Assembly: GCA_028534125.1 (NCBI GenBank)
Contig: CM052818.1
Coordinates: 17,238,001-17,302,000, forward strand
Reading direction: 5' to 3'
Length of the DNA: 64,000 bases
Source: Lama glama
Lineage: Eukaryota
The position numbers and the translations under genes are program-made. This document shows, in pieces, positions 60,377-64,000 of this stretch. The first letter of the stretch is position 1. Each line of letters begins with the position of its first letter. The notes under the pieces were generated by a model, which was given only the letters and a program-made list of their open reading frames with translations, was not told the DNA's origin and did not search any database.

Positions 60377-62267
60377 ACTAATAAAAACATGCATAATTTT
60401 AGAGTCATTTCCCAGCAATGTGGAATGTTGAATATTTGAGTAAATTTGCATGCAGTATCCAAACTTCTCCAGGTCTTACAAATTTTATAATGGTAAAGTT
60501 GCAAAGTGTAAAACCAGTGTTTAAATTAAAAATAGTACTTAAGTTCTTAATGAAAAGTTTAAAAAAAACATTTCTTAGACGTATTTTCAGAGGCATTTCA
60601 TCAGTCAGGACTGACACTTCATTTTAAGTGAAGCTCTTCCTCCTCCTGTTGGGTGTCATACTAGTCATTTCCATTTCCATTTTTTTCACTTACTGTTTTT
60701 GTAAATCTGTGATCAGGACTGTTACAATAAAACTTGTAACTACTTATAACTGTTCATTAGGAACATAATCTTATTCTCAAAGGATTAGGCTGTAAACAAG
60801 GATTAGTGTCACTAAACACAATGTGGTAGTATTGAGTGTTTAAAATGAGTTACAGATGTTATAGAGACTTACAATAAAGCATGTATTTAATAAAGAACTA
60901 AGCAAGTGTTGTATCCTGTTATTGTTTAGTTATACTGTTTGTGTAGATTTCCTCCTTTTCTACACCCCCTTCTTTTTTTTTCCAAATTGCACATTAATAT
61001 TAGATTGCTTTGGTATGTATTGCCTTAATCAGAAAAGCATATGAACTAAAGCCAGCTGTGGGACTGCAGAGCATCTCAAAGATGCTGTAAAGGGGACATA
61101 AACAAGACATTAGACCTCTCATTCTCTTTCTCTCTCTCTTTTTTATTGCCCAGCTCAGTGGTCTGTTTTATAGCCATGGTGCTCTGCCTAGCAGTCAATA
61201 TTCTACCTGCAAGCTAGACTGATTCTTAGGGAGGTAGAAAAACCTTTTGACTGTGGAGTTGTACACAGTAGTTTGTTTCTTTGTTATTTTCTTTCCCCTG
61301 TCAGTCTCTCTAATATTCATTTTCCATCCTCTTTTTTTCTAGCCCTTGTCTACAAACATACCTAAGAAAGAATAAATGTGTTAGGGATAGAAAAATTGAT
61401 GTGTGTCTGAGAGAGAAAGTAAATACGTTGACTTCCTTTGGTGTGGGCCCCCCAGTGTGGGAAACAGGGGGTCAGTTTTGAAAATCATCCTGACAGTCTG
61501 ATTATCTTTCCATCTCTCTTCTCCTCTTCCTCCAAATGATGTCTTTCTCTCTCTTTCTTCTCCACAGTCATTTTTAAAATTTTCACTTCTCTCTTCAAAC
61601 ACATTACACTGGGGGCATTTCTTCTTTCAACAAACATTTATTGAATACCTGCTATGTGACAGATACCTGTGTGACTACACCATTGAGTAAGGCAGAGTCA
61701 TCTCTTTGGAAAATATGGGAAAACATACATTCAGCAAAATGAGCCCACAAATTTTTATAAAATTAGGTGAGAGAAAAGTCCTGGAAGCAATATGTCTGTG
61801 AAGTAAGGGAGCCTTATCAGAACGTAATTGTCCAACTGGGTCAGGAAGGGTGTTCCTCCTAAAGTTACCTGATCTGATCTTGAATTCCTTTCACAGATTT
61901 CAAGTTCACCATCACTTTTCAGAAGAGAAAAAAAAGGCTTTATTTTGTTCACAAAATTAGGAATCAGCCATTTACTTTTATTGCTGTATCTTTCTCCCTC
62001 ATTCTGCCCATATATTATTAATAACCCTAAATCATTACATGCAATGAACACCTGCATCTACAGATATTACAGATTCTGTTGTAATTTCTATGAAAATCAC
62101 CTCAAAAGAAGAAAAGCCAGTTATTAGGCCAGGTCTTCATTCTTTAGGTAGCAGCCTCCTGACAAGTGAATATTTGCATGGCTAATCTTGCAAATCATAT
62201 ATTGTATACTGACATTGCATGCTTCTCTTGTGCCTCCTTGGTCTAGACTGTTTTAATTAACTCTCTC

Positions 62268-62492
62268 TCTTTTTTTTTTTATTGAAGTATAGTCAGTTTA
62301 CAATATTGTGTCAATCTCTGGAGTACACCATAATGCCTCAGTCATACATATATATACATTTATTTGTTTTCATATTCTTTTTCATTATAGCTTACTACAA
62401 GATACTAAATATAGTTCCCTGTGCTATGCAGAAGAAACTTGTTGTTTATCTATTTTATATATAGTAGCTAATACCTGCAAATCTCGATCCAC
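62268..62492 (-). mobile_element. L1 3' end (camelid type) with poly(T)
   Basis: T-run then ATTGAAGTATAGTCAGTTTACAATATTGTGTCAATCTCTGGAGTACA...ATAGTTCCCTGTGCTATGCAGAAGAAAC; AACTCT on both flanks may be a TSD. Confidence 0.9.
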
Positions 62493-63849
62493 AACTCTTG
62501 GCAGCTGCCTCAAGTCATAGAGCTAAATGATACTGTCATTGAACTTGAACAATTAAAAAGAAAAGTCCCGATTACTGCTGGCGCTTCCTTTTCTCCTTAT
62601 TATACCTTGTAGAGCTGCAACCTTCTTTTTCCCACTTTCCATCCCTTTTGTCTGGAATGAACACAAATGTTCAGATTTAACCCTTTACTTGTTCCTCATA
62701 AATTGGCCTTTCTAAAATATGTGTGAGTTCTGTTGGATATTTTTCTCACCATTTCTTCACTTACACATCTCATAGGTGTGTAATGACAATCAAAAATATG
62801 TGAGCAAGTGGCAGAACACAAACTGGACGGGTGAGACCAGGGGACTGGGGTGGGTGGGGATTGAGATCTCAGTTAAATGTCTGCCAGTAGCTCATTCTGT
62901 CTGTTGGTAGATTAGGAAACCATCTTGCGTTTCACGTGATCGTACCTTGCACATCAACGAGTCCCAAGTTTTCATTTCTAAACTGTGAGAACTGAAGCCC
63001 AGAGAGGGTGTGTGACTTGTTGAGAGTCATACAGAGAATCGGTTCACCTTTGTCAGACTTACGCACCTTATCTGTAAGGTGTGAAGACTGAAATTGTTAT
63101 TGGGTCATCTTTTTAATTCATATGGGATTCCAGAGTCTAGTTTTTTCCTAATATATTGCTATCTCTAAAAGTTTAATTTTTTTTCTTTTTGCATCTCATT
63201 TCATTCACTTTAGGTAATGTCTAGGATTATTGTACTTAGATTATCTTTTACATTAAATTTTTGTTCAGTCATTTGATTTTTCCCAGAGGACTTTGAAGGT
63301 AAAGCCTTACTATAGCCAGCATCCTCTAATCTGTACATAACAGCCGAAGTTCTGAATGAGTCAGGGGCTAAGAGGAGAGATTTTTACCCTCTAGAACTAA
63401 GACTATATAATTCTACCTCTGGAGCTTGTTGGTTAGTTTGTTTATTATTATCTGTAAAGGAGTGGTATTTATTTTTACCTCAGAGCCTAAAATGGTTCCC
63501 TTCAAAAAATACATTTGCATTTTTTTTTCATTTGCACTCCCAAATCAACCATCCCTCTTGTATCCTACAGGAGTCTTTCTATTTTATTTTTTATGACTTT
63601 TTATTGTAATGAAAAATTCTTTTTTGTCTCATTATTGTTTATGTATCTTGGCACTTTCTTACACTTGAACTCTGTAGCTTTTAGCATATCTTCTTTTTTG
63701 CTATAGTTGTTCTATTACCAGATTTCCAGTAAACAAGCTTACTTTCACATTCAGAGAGATTTAAAAAGATACTGCTGTTTCTGAACATTTTTTCTGTACT
63801 TTAGAATCAGTTGATACACTGTCTAACTTAAAGGGTTGCTTATAATTTA

Positions 63850-64000
63850 GTGATGAAGACCTTTGGCAATAGACTAGCATTCAAATTCCAGCTCAGAGAC
63901 ATACTGGCTGTGTCACCTTTGGCAAATTCTACTTTAAACTATTCAGTCAGCTTCTGTAAAATGGTGATAATAATAGTTATTAAAATCAAATGTAATTCAA
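63850..64000 (+). mobile_element. MIR SINE (runs off the window)
   Basis: TTCAAATTCCAGCTC...TACTGGCTGTGTCACCTTTGGCAAATT...CTGTAAAATGGTGATAATAATAG. Confidence 0.8.

Overview
Mammalian, AT-rich, CpG-depleted non-coding DNA (gene desert or a very large intron). A tRNA-derived SINE of Vic-1 type at 47757-47892 and the L1 3' ends point to a camelid (alpaca/llama/camel) genome. I could not identify a protein-coding exon, RNA gene or known miRNA. The ORF track is explained by chance, simple repeats, the N-gap and decayed transposon frames. The window holds many interspersed repeats: one essentially full-length decayed Tigger1, hAT elements (MER96B, MER58B, MER3, MER5A), MaLR and ERV1 solo LTRs, 5'-truncated L1s, and old L2, MIR and CR1/L3 fragments. 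It also has a 500-N gap flanked by an apparent false duplication, a compound (CTG)21 microsatellite, a consensus CTCF site and several repeat-free, motif-rich blocks that may be enhancers. I did not find a convincing novel biological system. Repeat family names come from my recall of the consensus sequences, not from a search, and the boundaries of old repeats are approximate.
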